Source: Mantamonas sphyraenae STR306 (lineage: Eukaryota; Protista; CRuMs). Taken from it: 64,000 nucleotides of DNA. Of the stretch, positions 1-9,702 are shown in pieces; within the stretch, counting starts at the first letter, position 1, and every line of letters begins with the position of its first letter. The translations under genes were made by a program, and so were the position numbers. The notes beneath the pieces were generated by a model. The model searched no databases and had not been told where the DNA came from. It saw only the letters and a list, made by a program, of their open reading frames with translations. Where the stretch lies: positions 1 through 64,000 of the forward strand of contig JAPMXV010000033.1 in assembly GCA_026936335.1 (NCBI GenBank), read 5' to 3'.

Positions 1-10
1 CCACCTGCTC

Positions 11-739
11 ATGACAGAGATGGACACTCTTGGCGACACAGCCCATCCCACCACCTGGGAGGAGCACAAGCAGACCCAGCTGTGGCTGCAGAAAGCACGA
101 CGCCCTGCTGACAACGACAGCGACCCACACTGGACACAATGCGACTACGACCACCACCTCACTACCACCAATGTGGACAAGTGGCATCCTGAGCCTGTAC
201 GCAGTGGCTGGAGCAATTCCGGTCACGACGAGCGTGGCAGCTGCACGGGGCGGGAGTTCCAGACGCTGCTGGCACACATGAAGGCACGCGCAGCCAAGCA
301 CCCTCGCCATCAGCACGCACACGAGCACCATGCACTGCGTGAGCTGATCAACAACGGCAATCTGCAGTCCCTTGTGCGACACATCATCCTGGCGCTGGGC
401 AACGTTGGCGTGCCGCCTGTCGACCTGGCCTTCTTTGTCCGCCTCCTCAGGCCAAACTTCACCTACCAGCAGGTTCAAGGTGCCATCAGCCACACCCTCA
501 TCCGCGGCGTCACCTCCCTCTCCCTCAAGATCGCCTGGCTCGACAACCCCAAGCGCAGCGACGCCACACTGCACACCCTCCTCCACACCCTCATCGACCG
601 CATCACACCCCACATCAACACACGCCCCACCACCGTCGCACTCGTCAACGCCTACCCCATCCCTCCACTCACCCTCCCCAAGCGCAAAGACCATTCCTCC
701 TCCTCCTCCTCCTCCTCCAAACGCCAGCGCCTTGAATGA
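11..739 (+). CDS. Hypothetical protein, 242 aa; may be 5'-incomplete at the window edge
   Basis: Open frame with C/G-ending codon bias like neighbouring genes. Ends in poly-Ser plus a basic NLS-like KRQRLE. No family recognised. Confidence 0.55.
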   Translation: MTEMDTLGDTAHPTTWEEHKQTQLWLQKARRPADNDSDPHWTQCDYDHHLTTTNVDKWHPEPVRSGWSNSGHDERGSCTGREFQTLLAHMKARAAKHPRHQHAHEHHALRELINNGNLQSLVRHIILALGNVGVPPVDLAFFVRLLRPNFTYQQVQGAISHTLIRGVTSLSLKIAWLDNPKRSDATLHTLLHTLIDRITPHINTRPTTVALVNAYPIPPLTLPKRKDHSSSSSSSSKRQRLE

Positions 740-886
740 ACCCTTTCATTTCCAGCCTCCCCACTCAACCATCACCTACAGTAATCTGGCCTCATCTCAC
801 CCCATCGACAACCTGGTCGCAAAGATGTAATTCTAATTACACAAACTATGTACATATCCGCTTGTGCGACAGTAATACCTGAACAA

Positions 887-968
887 GCACGGATGGCCGA
901 GTGGTCTAAGGCGCTGTGTTAAGGCCGCAGTCTCTTCGGGGGCGTGGGTTCGAATCCCACTTCGTGCA
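887..968 (+). tRNA. tRNA-Leu, anticodon AAG
   Basis: Cloverleaf read directly: acceptor GCACGGA/TTCGTGC+A, D arm TGGCCGAGTGGTCTAAGGC, anticodon stem CTGTG/CGCAG with loop TTAAGGC, long variable arm, T arm GTGGGTTCGAATCCCAC. No encoded CCA. Confidence 0.97.
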
Positions 969-974
969 TCATGA

Positions 975-983
975 TTTTTTTTT
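975..983 (+). terminator. RNA polymerase III oligo-T terminator of the tRNA
   Basis: Run of T residues a few bases after the tRNA 3' end. Confidence 0.75.
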
Positions 984-1206
984 CCTTTTTCCCACAATGT
1001 TGCTCACTGCCTCATCACCACCCCATCAAGCACGCAACAGTCCCATCGATGTCTAGTCGTGCCAGCTCTGCTCTGCGTTTTCCTCTGGTGCAGAGCGCAA
1101 CGGGACAGCAGCAAGACGCAACAAACGGGCAGCGATGCTGCGTGTTGAACATTGCTCCCTTATTCATTGTGCCCACGCTGTACACAGCCGAGTGTGATTG
1201 CATCCC

Positions 1207-2314
1207 TCACAGCTCGTTGCCGATCGACACCCAAAACGGCATCAGGTTGTTCCTGCGCGCAAAAATCTCAAGACAGCGGCCGCCAGGCGCAAGGAGCTCC
1301 ATGAGTGGATACTGTTCCGATGGCTTTTGCGATTGACCTCGGCGTTCGCTGCAGATCACATCGCTGCCGACCCCACCAGCTGCTGCCAAAGCTCGCGAGC
1401 CGTCACCCTTCACAGCGAGGAGCATGCACTCCTTGCAGTGGGTCAAATAATAGCCGTGAGACACAGCCTTACGCTTATTCACTGATGTACGTGTGTGTAC
1501 GTGCGCACGTGTACGTATGTGTGTGTGAGTCGACTTGTAGCGAATGCGACCGGTGCCAACTCCCTGATTCACGGACCCACCTCGCCATCCCCCCGCCATC
1601 CCCCCACCCAAACCTACCCGTCTGCTTCGCCCACACAACCTCGTCGACCACCGTGTACCCCCAGGCCGCCATCTGCTTGACAGCCCACTCATAGCGAGCG
1701 TTGATCACCCACGTGCACAGGATGCCGCCTTCCTCCTGGAGATCGGGTATGGGAAGCTTGCCAATGGCGTCATCGGACATCTGAGCGTAGCCCAACGCCA
1801 CACCGCGCGTGGGCGTCGAGCTGGCCAGCATCCAAGGCGGGTCCATGGCGATCAAGTCGAACGGACCCGCAACCGACCTCAGCGCCTTCCAATCCACGTC
1901 GTTCACGTCTGCCCGCAGGGGAATGGAGTGCTCTGGCGCCTCAAACTCTGCAAAGTCCACGGGGTCATCCTCGTCTGCGCACGTGCGACGGTGTTAGCCG
2001 CGAAACACAGCTTTGCGCGCCAATTCCCCACACCTCCACTCACCTCCCAGCTCCCGGCTTGCAAACACTTGCGCGCTCGCTCCGATGCCCAGCATGCTGC
2101 GCAAGTCCCGCATGCGCAACGCCACCTGGGCCTGCAGCTTCTCCAACTGTGACACCGGTAACGAGGACAGGTCTTCGGTGTGATCAGGCACTTTGTTACC
2201 CAGCTTCACCCGCACCTCGCCATCGGGGAGAACGGCGGACAGGTCCAGGATGCGCTGGCGTTTCTCCGAGGTTGCCTCTTCGGCCTCGTCCTCGCGCGTA
2301 CGCTTCAGCGACAT
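1207..2314 (-). CDS. AMT1: MT-A70 family adenine methyltransferase, AMT1/MTA1 (DNA 6mA) type; 3 exons, introns 2043-1975 and 1617-1482
   Basis: The spliced product has DPPW, then RGVALGY, TWVINARY, WGYTVVDEVVWAKQTVN, HGYYLTHCKE, SDVICSERRGQSQKP and a terminal LEIFARRNNL..WVSIGNEL. These match ciliate MTA1/AMT1 as I recall it. Both GT-AG introns restore the frame. Confidence 0.88.
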
Positions 2315-2377
2315 GATTTGGGTTGGTGTGCCGTCGGCTCGCACCCAAAACACATCCACACATCCCCATTCATTCCC

Positions 2378-3262
2378 TCACTCATTCCCCTCCCCTCCCC
2401 TCCCCACCCACCCAATCACCCTCTCCATCACCTCATCCGGCACTGTCACCCACCCTCCCCATCCCCTCCCCCCCACATACTCCTCCATCCCGCCCCACGC
2501 AAACATCACCTCCCTCTCCTCCCCATTCATCACCAACGCCACCTCCAGCGCCTCATCCACCTCCTTTCCCCACCACACGTGCTTCTCCCTGCTCCACACC
2601 CGTCTACCCCCCCGATGGTCCCGTGCCGCCCCGAACCTCCGCAACAGCCGCATCCCAGCCTCCGTCACCCCCACGCCGTACCCCGCCTCTGCATCCGCCC
2701 CCGCCCGCAGCAACGCCTCTGCGCACTCCAATTCATCCTCCTGCACCGCCAAGTGCAGCGCCTTTGCCTCTGCCCGTGCCCCTGCCCGCAGCACCGCCTC
2801 GACCATCTCTGCGTTCCCCTCCTCCACCGCCAGCATCAGGGCCGTGTCCCCGTGCGTGTCTGGCGCCTCTATCGGTGCTCCCTCGCCAACCAGTTGTGCC
2901 AACGCCTTTCCATCGCCCCTCGCCACCGCCCTGCACATGTTGCTCGTCAGCCTTCGCAGCTCCTTCAGCTCCTTCACCACCGCCTCCTGCCTGCGCCGTG
3001 CCGCGACAGCAACTGCGTTCCGCCCCTTTCCATTCCTCCTGTCGATATGAGCGCCACCCTGCACCAGCGCCCGCACACACTCAACATGCCCCGCCGACGC
3101 CGCGTGCATCAAGGCAGTCCACCCCCCGGCTCCCTCCCCATCGACCTCTTCGCCCTCCTCCAGCAGCGCCTGCACTCTCTGCACATTGCCCTCACGTGCT
3201 GCCGCTGTCAGACGTGTATGCTTCCAGTCCCCATCATGCGACACCCGCTGCCGCTTGGACAT
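2378..3262 (-). CDS. Ankyrin repeat protein
   Basis: Ankyrin consensus repeats GWTALMHAASAGHVECVRALV, GDTALMLAVEEGNAEMVEAVL and ALHLAVQEDELECAEALL. Start taken at MSKRQR. Confidence 0.88.
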   Translation of the reverse strand: MSKRQRVSHDGDWKHTRLTAAAREGNVQRVQALLEEGEEVDGEGAGGWTALMHAASAGHVECVRALVQGGAHIDRRNGKGRNAVAVAARRRQEAVVKELKELRRLTSNMCRAVARGDGKALAQLVGEGAPIEAPDTHGDTALMLAVEEGNAEMVEAVLRAGARAEAKALHLAVQEDELECAEALLRAGADAEAGYGVGVTEAGMRLLRRFGAARDHRGGRRVWSREKHVWWGKEVDEALEVALVMNGEEREVMFAWGGMEEYVGGRGWGGWVTVPDEVMERVIGWVGRGGEGNE

Positions 3263-3306
3263 TCTTTTCCCTTGCCCCAGCTGACGCCGGCGTACCCAAC
3301 CCACAC

Positions 3307-4266
3307 ATGTCCATCGACCTAACCCATGCGCTCGCCTCCATCCCCAACTCCCTCTCTGGCTCCGTCCTCCAGCTGACCGGCCAGAACATCTCCCCTGACG
3401 ATCTCTCCCTCCTGGCTGCTGTCCTTGCAAACGATGACCGCGTCACCGTCCTGCACCTTGGCTGGACCAGCGCATCGCCATCGTGTGCCGTCATCCTCGC
3501 CGATCTCCTCCACCACAATGCGACCATCCAAGAGCTCTGGCTCGACTACAACCGCGTCGCAGACGGCGCCTCCAGCCTCGGTGCTGCCCTGGCCGTCAAT
3601 GCCACTCTCCGCAGGCTTGAGCTGTCTAGCAACGCCCTTCGTGACAGCGGCGCCAGCGCGCTGGCCCAAGGGCTGCAAGACAACAACACTCTCGAGCGCC
3701 TTGACCTCGCCGAGAACGCCATCTCCGACAAAGGCGCCCTCGCCCTCACCCTTCCCCACGCCTCGACCGCCACCCCCAACGTCCCCGACAGCCTCAACAT
3801 CACGGTTGACCTCTTCCACAACTCCAGCGAGTGTTGCAAAGGTGGTCCAATCCCTCCGTCACCAACGGCAAGACATTTGTCAAGAAGCTTGGCGCACTGG
3901 GCGATCCATGATCCACTGACGTGTCTGTCTTCACTCCCGTCCCTCCTTCCTGTGCTGGCCGCCATCATCCTCTTCATTGCGTCTGCCTTTCTAGATCTCG
4001 TCCACCGAAAAATCAAACCCGGTATCATCCTCGTCATCCCCAATCCCAAACCCACCAGCTTCCTCCTCATTACTGCGCTGCTTCTCGGGCAAGTGGCCCT
4101 CCTTCTTCAGCTTCTTTGCCTCGTCCGGCGAGTACTCTGCTTCCGTGTTAGCCCCACTCCCTCCCAACCCCTTCCCCACCCTCAAAACTCACTGTGGATC
4201 ACATCTGCCTTGTCGTCTTCCCACTCCCGCAACGTCACCAGCACCAGGTCCCCGACTCGGATGTAA
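3307..4266 (+). CDS. RNI-like leucine-rich repeat protein; 3' end uncertain
   Basis: 28-residue LRRs: [42 protein letters not shown]. The frame runs on antisense to eIF1A after 3991, so the true end is unclear. Confidence 0.75.
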   Translation: MSIDLTHALASIPNSLSGSVLQLTGQNISPDDLSLLAAVLANDDRVTVLHLGWTSASPSCAVILADLLHHNATIQELWLDYNRVADGASSLGAALAVNATLRRLELSSNALRDSGASALAQGLQDNNTLERLDLAENAISDKGALALTLPHASTATPNVPDSLNITVDLFHNSSECCKGGPIPPSPTARHLSRSLAHWAIHDPLTCLSSLPSLLPVLAAIILFIASAFLDLVHRKIKPGIILVIPNPKPTSFLLITALLLGQVALLLQLLCLVRRVLCFRVSPTPSQPLPHPQNSLWITSALSSSHSRNVTSTRSPTRM

Positions 4267-4772
4267 ACTCGGTTGATCAGCTTGCCGCGAATCTTGCACA
4301 TGCGCTCCTTCCCGTCGTAGCAGTACGCCGTCAGACGCCCGTTACCCAGCATCTTCAACACCTCTGCATACTCCTACTCGCCCCGGCCCACCACACACGC
4401 ACGCGTCCAGCCACACAGCCATCCCTGCCCATGTCAGCCGGTCTCCACCCGTTTCCGTCCGCGCTGCCCTCCCGCTCCACTCCCCTCCCCGTCTCTCCCT
4501 ACCCGCCCAACCCACCTGCATGTCTTCCTTGTACAGCAGCTCGCGCTTGAAATCGCCGCCGCCTCCTCCCTTGCGCTTCTTGTTCTTGCCGCCCTTTCCT
4601 GGCTGTCCCCGTGCGTCAGCAGCACTTCTCGGAAATCTCGCTCCTGCACACACCGCTCTCCCCCCGAACCAGTCGCACGATCCCTCTCTACCCTTTCCCG
4701 TTCCTTCTCCATCCCCTCCCCCCCTCACCCCTCTCAAACCCAACCCAACCCAACCCAATCCAGACCCACCAT
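3991..4772 (-). CDS. EIF1A: Translation initiation factor eIF1A; 4 exons (exon 1 coding part is ATG only), introns 4769-4603, 4515-4374, 4192-4137
   Basis: Spliced protein [75 protein letters not shown] with an acidic tail. Confidence 0.95.
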
Positions 4773-4799
4773 ATCTTTTTCGGTGACGCCCCCCGCGCC

Positions 4800-6696
4800 A
4801 TGACCCTGCCCTCCACACTCCCTCGGACACGGTGCGGCCACATCTCCCGAAAACACCTCCACCAAACCATCACAGTCTCTGGCTGGCTTGAAAAGACCCG
4901 CCACATGGGCTCCATGCTCTTTGCCCCCCTCCGCGACCACACGGGCAAAGTGCAACTCCTCCTCGATGCGGACTCTCCCGCGCTGCGCGACCAGCTCGCC
5001 TCGCTTAGCACAGAGAGTGTGGTCACCTGTGAAGCACGCGTCGAGGAACGCCCTGACTCCCAGGTCAACCCGCAAATGGCCACGGGTGCTTTCGGTACGC
5101 ACGCTGCCTGCATTTTCCCTCGTTTTTCCCCGTTTGCTGACCCATGTTTCTCCAGAGCTCCACGTCTCCTCCCTCACTGTACACAACACGGCCGATCCGC
5201 TGCCCTTCCCGGTCGCCTCTGACAAGGCCACGCTGCCCTCGGACGAGCTTCGCCTCAAGCATCGCTTCCTCGACCTGCGCCATCCGCGTATGCAGCGCAA
5301 CCTGGCCCTCCGCCACTCCATTTCCTTGGCTGCCCGCAACCACCTCAGCACCCAACACGGCTTCATCGAGGTAGAAACGCCCACCCTCTTCCGTACCACC
5401 CCTGAGGGCGCCCGCGAATTTATTGTCCCCACACGCACCCCGGGCCACTTTTACGCGCTGCCCCAGTCGCCCCAGCAGTACAAGCAGCTCCTCATGGCCG
5501 GCGGCATCGACCGCTACTTCCAGATTGCGCGCTGCTACCGCGACGAAGGCCACCGCGCCGACCGCCAGCCCGAGTTTACTCAGATTGATCTCGAGATGAG
5601 CTTTGCCCAGCGATCCGACGTCATGCATGTCGTCGAGTCGCTTGTCCGCGACATATTCCGCGCGGCCGATCTTTCCGTGCCCGACGCCCCCTTTGAGCAC
5701 ATGCAGTACGCCACCGCGATGGATCTCTATGGCGTCGACAAGCCCGACCGCCGTTTCGACCTGTGTCTTGCAGACGTGTCGGACGTCCTTGGTCCTGACG
5801 GCGCCGGGGTGCCTCTGTTCCACAGGGCCCTTGGCGACGGCGGCGTCGTCAAGGCCATCCGCGTGCCTGGCCTGGATGCTTCGCTCACGCGCAAGCAGCT
5901 CGCCGCCCTCCAAGAGTACGGCGACGCCCAGGGTGGTCTGCTGGTCAACCGAGTCAAGGCAGACACGGGCGAGTGGAAGTCGCCCATAGCCAGGCACCTC
6001 CCCGCCTCTGTGCGCGAGCAGCTGCAGCAGAGGCTGGCCGTCCAGCCTGCAGATGTGGTTCTCATGGCTGCTGGGCCACGTGCCACTGTCAATGCCGCCC
6101 TGGGTGCGGTCCGCAACTACGTGGGGCGAACCCATCTGGACCTCGATCCTGGCCACTTTGACCTGCTTTGGGTCACCGACTTTCCTCTCTTTGAGGCCGA
6201 TGCGCCTCAGGACGAGCGTCCGTCCGCCTTTGGCCTCAATGGCCACACGGGGTTGTCGCTCACCTCGACCCACCACCCGTTCACCGCGCCTGTGCCCGGA
6301 CAGGAGGCCCTCATCGAAACGGACCCGCTTGCCGTTGTCAGCCAGCACTACGACCTGGTCATGAACGGCTGGGAGCTGGGTGGAGGCTCGGTGCGCATCC
6401 ACAACGCCGACGTCCAGCGAGCGGTGCTACGCGCGCTAGGCATGAGCGAGCGCGACATGGACGCCCGATTTGGCCACCTGCTCGAGGCCATGCGGCTTGG
6501 CTGTCCACCCCACGGGGGCATTGCCCTCGGCCTCGACCGCCTGGTGGCGCTGCTCGCAGGTGAAGAGGGCATCCGCAATGTCATTGCCTTTCCCAAGACC
6601 AGCACCGGCCGAGAGCCGCTCACAGGCGCCCCTGCAGATGTCGATGCCGAGCGCCTGCGCGAATATCACATTCAGATCGCCGAGCACACAATGTAG
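4800..6696 (+). CDS. DARS2: Aspartyl-tRNA synthetase, bacterial/mitochondrial type; intron 5095-5155
   Basis: OB-fold start, RLKHRFLDLR, TPEGAREF, LPQSPQQYKQLLM, motif 2 RDE..RADRQPEFTQIDLEMSF, GAD insertion, HHPFTAP and motif 3 PPHGGIALGLDRL. Confidence 0.95.
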
Positions 6697-6722
6697 CCTC
6701 CACCTGGGCCAATCCAATCCCC

Positions 6723-7268
6723 ATGAGGCTCCACCTGACTCCCGCACTCCTGCTTTTGCAATTCGGCGCCGCCACCGCTCTCGATTCCCACATGCTGGAC
6801 GGCAACAACGAAGAAGTGGCGTGCCATGGCTGGTGCTTCATGACAGTTGCCTTTGGTGTCATCTCCATCCTTGGATCTGTTGCCATTGCCTGGAAATTCC
6901 ACGAGCACGTTTCCTCGGCCCTGCTGAAAAAGATTCTCCTCACTGGTCTCCTCTCTGCAAACCACGACGTCACCCTGGTCGGCAACGAGTTTAACACTGA
7001 GTCTTACATCGCTAGCACTCTCCTGCTTTTCTCCTTCTGGCTGGGGCTTGTGGTGCACACAATTCTCTGTGAACGCAGCAACGATCCGCAGCGCGAGCAT
7101 CGACGAAAACTGCTCTCGCAAGCTTCCTGGGCCTTCTTGACGATCGAATTTGTTCTCGGCCTCTTCTTCAACAACCACTACGCACCAAAGATCATCTATC
7201 TGGCCAATATTGTCCTCGATGAGGTGGACATGTCCGCAGGGCGCAACTTTTGCGTGGAGAAGCTTTAA
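6723..7268 (+). CDS. Hypothetical multi-pass membrane protein
   Basis: 181-aa ORF with a signal-like N-terminus and 3-4 hydrophobic segments. No family recognised. Confidence 0.6.
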   Translation: MRLHLTPALLLLQFGAATALDSHMLDGNNEEVACHGWCFMTVAFGVISILGSVAIAWKFHEHVSSALLKKILLTGLLSANHDVTLVGNEFNTESYIASTLLLFSFWLGLVVHTILCERSNDPQREHRRKLLSQASWAFLTIEFVLGLFFNNHYAPKIIYLANIVLDEVDMSAGRNFCVEKL

Positions 7269-7434
7269 GTGATTGGTCTACAGTGTCGCTCCTTTTCTGC
7301 CGGCCACCGGCCATGCAACTTGACAACGAGGACATCGGTGCATGCTTCCTCCCTTTTTCCACAACCGCCAAGCCGACTGTGAAGCCTCCCTCCCCATTTC
7401 ACACCAACCTGTCAGATCCAAAGGCAATCAAAAA

Positions 7435-8208
7435 TCAAATTGCATTCTCCTCAACGATCCCTTCTCGTTTCCTGGCCAGCTCCATCATAGCAGCGCGCTT
7501 CTTGTGTACGGCGCTCTGCAGATGCTGCTTGATACTGAGTTCGGAAAACAGCTTGCCTGGGCAGATGTCGCACTTGATGTGGGGCTTGTGCACACTCTTG
7601 ATGTGCATCTTGATGTAGCGAGCGTTGCGCTCCAACCCACAGTGCGGACAGGTGGCCTTTTGCTGGTCTCGGATGTGCCTCAGGAGGCGCGACCGACGCC
7701 CAAAAGTTTTGCCACACAGGCATTCGACGCAGTGTTTGCTGTTGTGGCTGGCTGCGTGGAGCGAACCGCTCCCGTCCATAGACAGAAGGTTGCTCGTGTC
7801 GTCACTGACCAGCATCTTGCCGTTGCTCTCTGCACTGCTGCTGCTGCTGCTGCTGCTGGGGCTGCTGGGGCTGCTGGGGCTGCTGGGGCTGCACGATGTG
7901 TCTGGGGACCACTCGGACACCTTTGCGGCCATCGATGCCTCCTCGACGAGATCTGCTGCGGGCGACGCCAGTTCTGTGCACATGCTATCGGCTGTGCTCT
8001 CTGGCGATTCGGCGGTGTACAGTGTGTCGTGTTCGGTGTGCATGAGATGGTTCAGCATGTCCAGCTCGCTCAGCATTCCTTTGCCGGGATTTTCTGCCAC
8101 AGGCAGGTGGCTTGTGTCCATGTTCCAGTCCAGATCCAGGTCCAGATCCAGGTCAAACAGGTCGTTTTCGTTGTGTGTGTTGAATGTAAAGAGGTTGTCG
8201 TTGCTCAT
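7435..8208 (-). CDS. C2H2 zinc-finger protein with acidic/Ser-rich N-terminus, probably a transcription factor
   Basis: C-terminal fingers CLCGKTFGRRSRLLRHIR, CPHCG..YIKMHIKSVH and CDICPGKLFSELSIKQHLQSAVH. Start taken at MSNDNLF. Confidence 0.8.
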   Translation of the reverse strand: MSNDNLFTFNTHNENDLFDLDLDLDLDWNMDTSHLPVAENPGKGMLSELDMLNHLMHTEHDTLYTAESPESTADSMCTELASPAADLVEEASMAAKVSEWSPDTSCSPSSPSSPSSPSSSSSSSSAESNGKMLVSDDTSNLLSMDGSGSLHAASHNSKHCVECLCGKTFGRRSRLLRHIRDQQKATCPHCGLERNARYIKMHIKSVHKPHIKCDICPGKLFSELSIKQHLQSAVHKKRAAMMELARKREGIVEENAI

Positions 8209-8843
8209 GTTGCTCGTTTTTGTGTCGCTCGGTGTGTTCTTTCTTGAGACCGAAGTAGGCGTTTGTCTTTCTCGTCGGTGGTTTCGTTTCGACGTTATCT
8301 CTCGCGTGGTGTTGGCTTGTGGTTGTGTCCGCGTGGTTTCGTAAGTTTCTCTCTCGTTGGCGTTGGTTGTTTCGTTCGTTCGTCCGCGTGTTGTCGTTTG
8401 GGTTTGTTCGCTCGCTCGTAAATGTCGTCGGAGGGCGTGTAGTCGCGGGGGGTTGGCGGGGGGGGAGAGAGAAGGTCGCGGGAAACCGAGGAAGCACAGC
8501 ACAAGTCACATGCGAGGGCAACGCCGTTGCAAAACGGCACAGATCAAACGAGGCGCGTCGCCTGTTTGCTCAAGGCACGCCCGGACGACGTGTTGTGTTG
8601 GGTGGAATGAAAGGCTCATAGGCACACGCGTGCCAAAAAGCCGTTGGTTTCTGACTGCATGTTCGGGAGACCCGAGGTGCGACAGTCGCACCTACTGACG
8701 TCCAACCCGTCCGCTGCACGTTCATCTTGAACGAGCGAGCAATTGCCACCGAAGCGTTGCCAATCCATTGCGGCATGCAGCAATGCGGCATGCCGCGAAG
8801 AACTCCTTTGCCTGGGGCGAAAGTGTGCTATCGCTTGGCATGC

Positions 8844-8927
8844 GTTTGCCTTTGCCTTTGCATTTGCGTTTGCATCCGCATCCGCATCCGCGTGCGCGTG
8901 CGCTTCAGCTTCAGCTTCAGCTTCAGC
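8844..8927. repeat. Run of successive hexamer microsatellites (TTTGCC/TTTGCA, TCCGCA, TGCGCG, TTCAGC)
   Basis: Directly visible 6-bp periodicity whose unit changes along the tract. Confidence 0.8.
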
Positions 8928-9702
8928 ATGAGCTGCGTGATTTGCAGCTGCAAACCGTCGCCGACGTCGCCGACGATGTCGCCGTTTCGGCGCATCATCG
9001 TCGTCACACTTGTGCCTGTGGTCTGAAGAGGCCATGCCATCCGATGACGATGAAGGACAAATCAAAGCCGACGATAACGCTTGCATCTGCGTTGCTGCTT
9101 GCGCAGGCCAGTAGCTGCACGTTGCACAGCCGAAAACCGGCTGGTTTGGCGAGGACCCAAATGTGGCTCCGCCGCCTTCGGAATTCCGCACAGCCGCGCC
9201 CGCCGACATGGCCGCAAACAACAGCAGCAGCAGTGGTAATCCACCAGATGTGCTCCTGCGCATGTCTGCGCTCACTTGTTGGCAATGCCACGACTCTGAT
9301 CCAGACTCCACGGTGTCCTCTCGGTGAGAGCACGCAGTTTCTGGTTCTGAGGTGCGGAATTCCACAAACGGCTGATCAGCACCCGCCTGTGCGCGTTCAC
9401 ACGCCCACAGCATACGCTGATGCGTCTCAGCCTCACCATAGGAATGGTGATTCGTTTGTTGGTGTTGTTGAGCTTGTTGTTGATCCCCCTTCTGTGTTTT
9501 CGATGTCGACAATCCAGGCAACATGCCTAAACACATTTTCAGTTTGAAGAAGGATGGCGGCCCCTGCGCACCGCCTGCATCGACCATTTGAACGGCCAAA
9601 CCCCCACCCACCCCCCACCCCACCCCAGCCCCACCCAACCCAACCCCAACCAGACCCCACCCCATCTCTCTCCCTCACCCAACCCAACCCGAGAAAGCAA
9701 AC

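Noticed and set aside
1207-2314. METTL3/IME4 mRNA m6A writer
   Set aside because: No CCCH zinc fingers, and the motif blocks match the AMT1/MTA1 clade instead.
2180-3306. Long Pro/His-rich plus-strand ORFs (2180-3322, 2193-3050, first half of 2323-4266)
   Set aside because: Shadow frames of the G-rich minus-strand ankyrin gene. High GC suppresses stops, which explains most of the ORF track.
4738-4760. (CCCAA)n telomere-like repeats here and near 9630-9690
   Set aside because: Short, imperfect and internal; explained by the local C-rich skew.
8616-9665. 349-aa minus-strand ORF and overlapping plus-strand ORFs
   Set aside because: No recognisable domain, built partly from microsatellites, and several frames are equally open. 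Not called as CDS.
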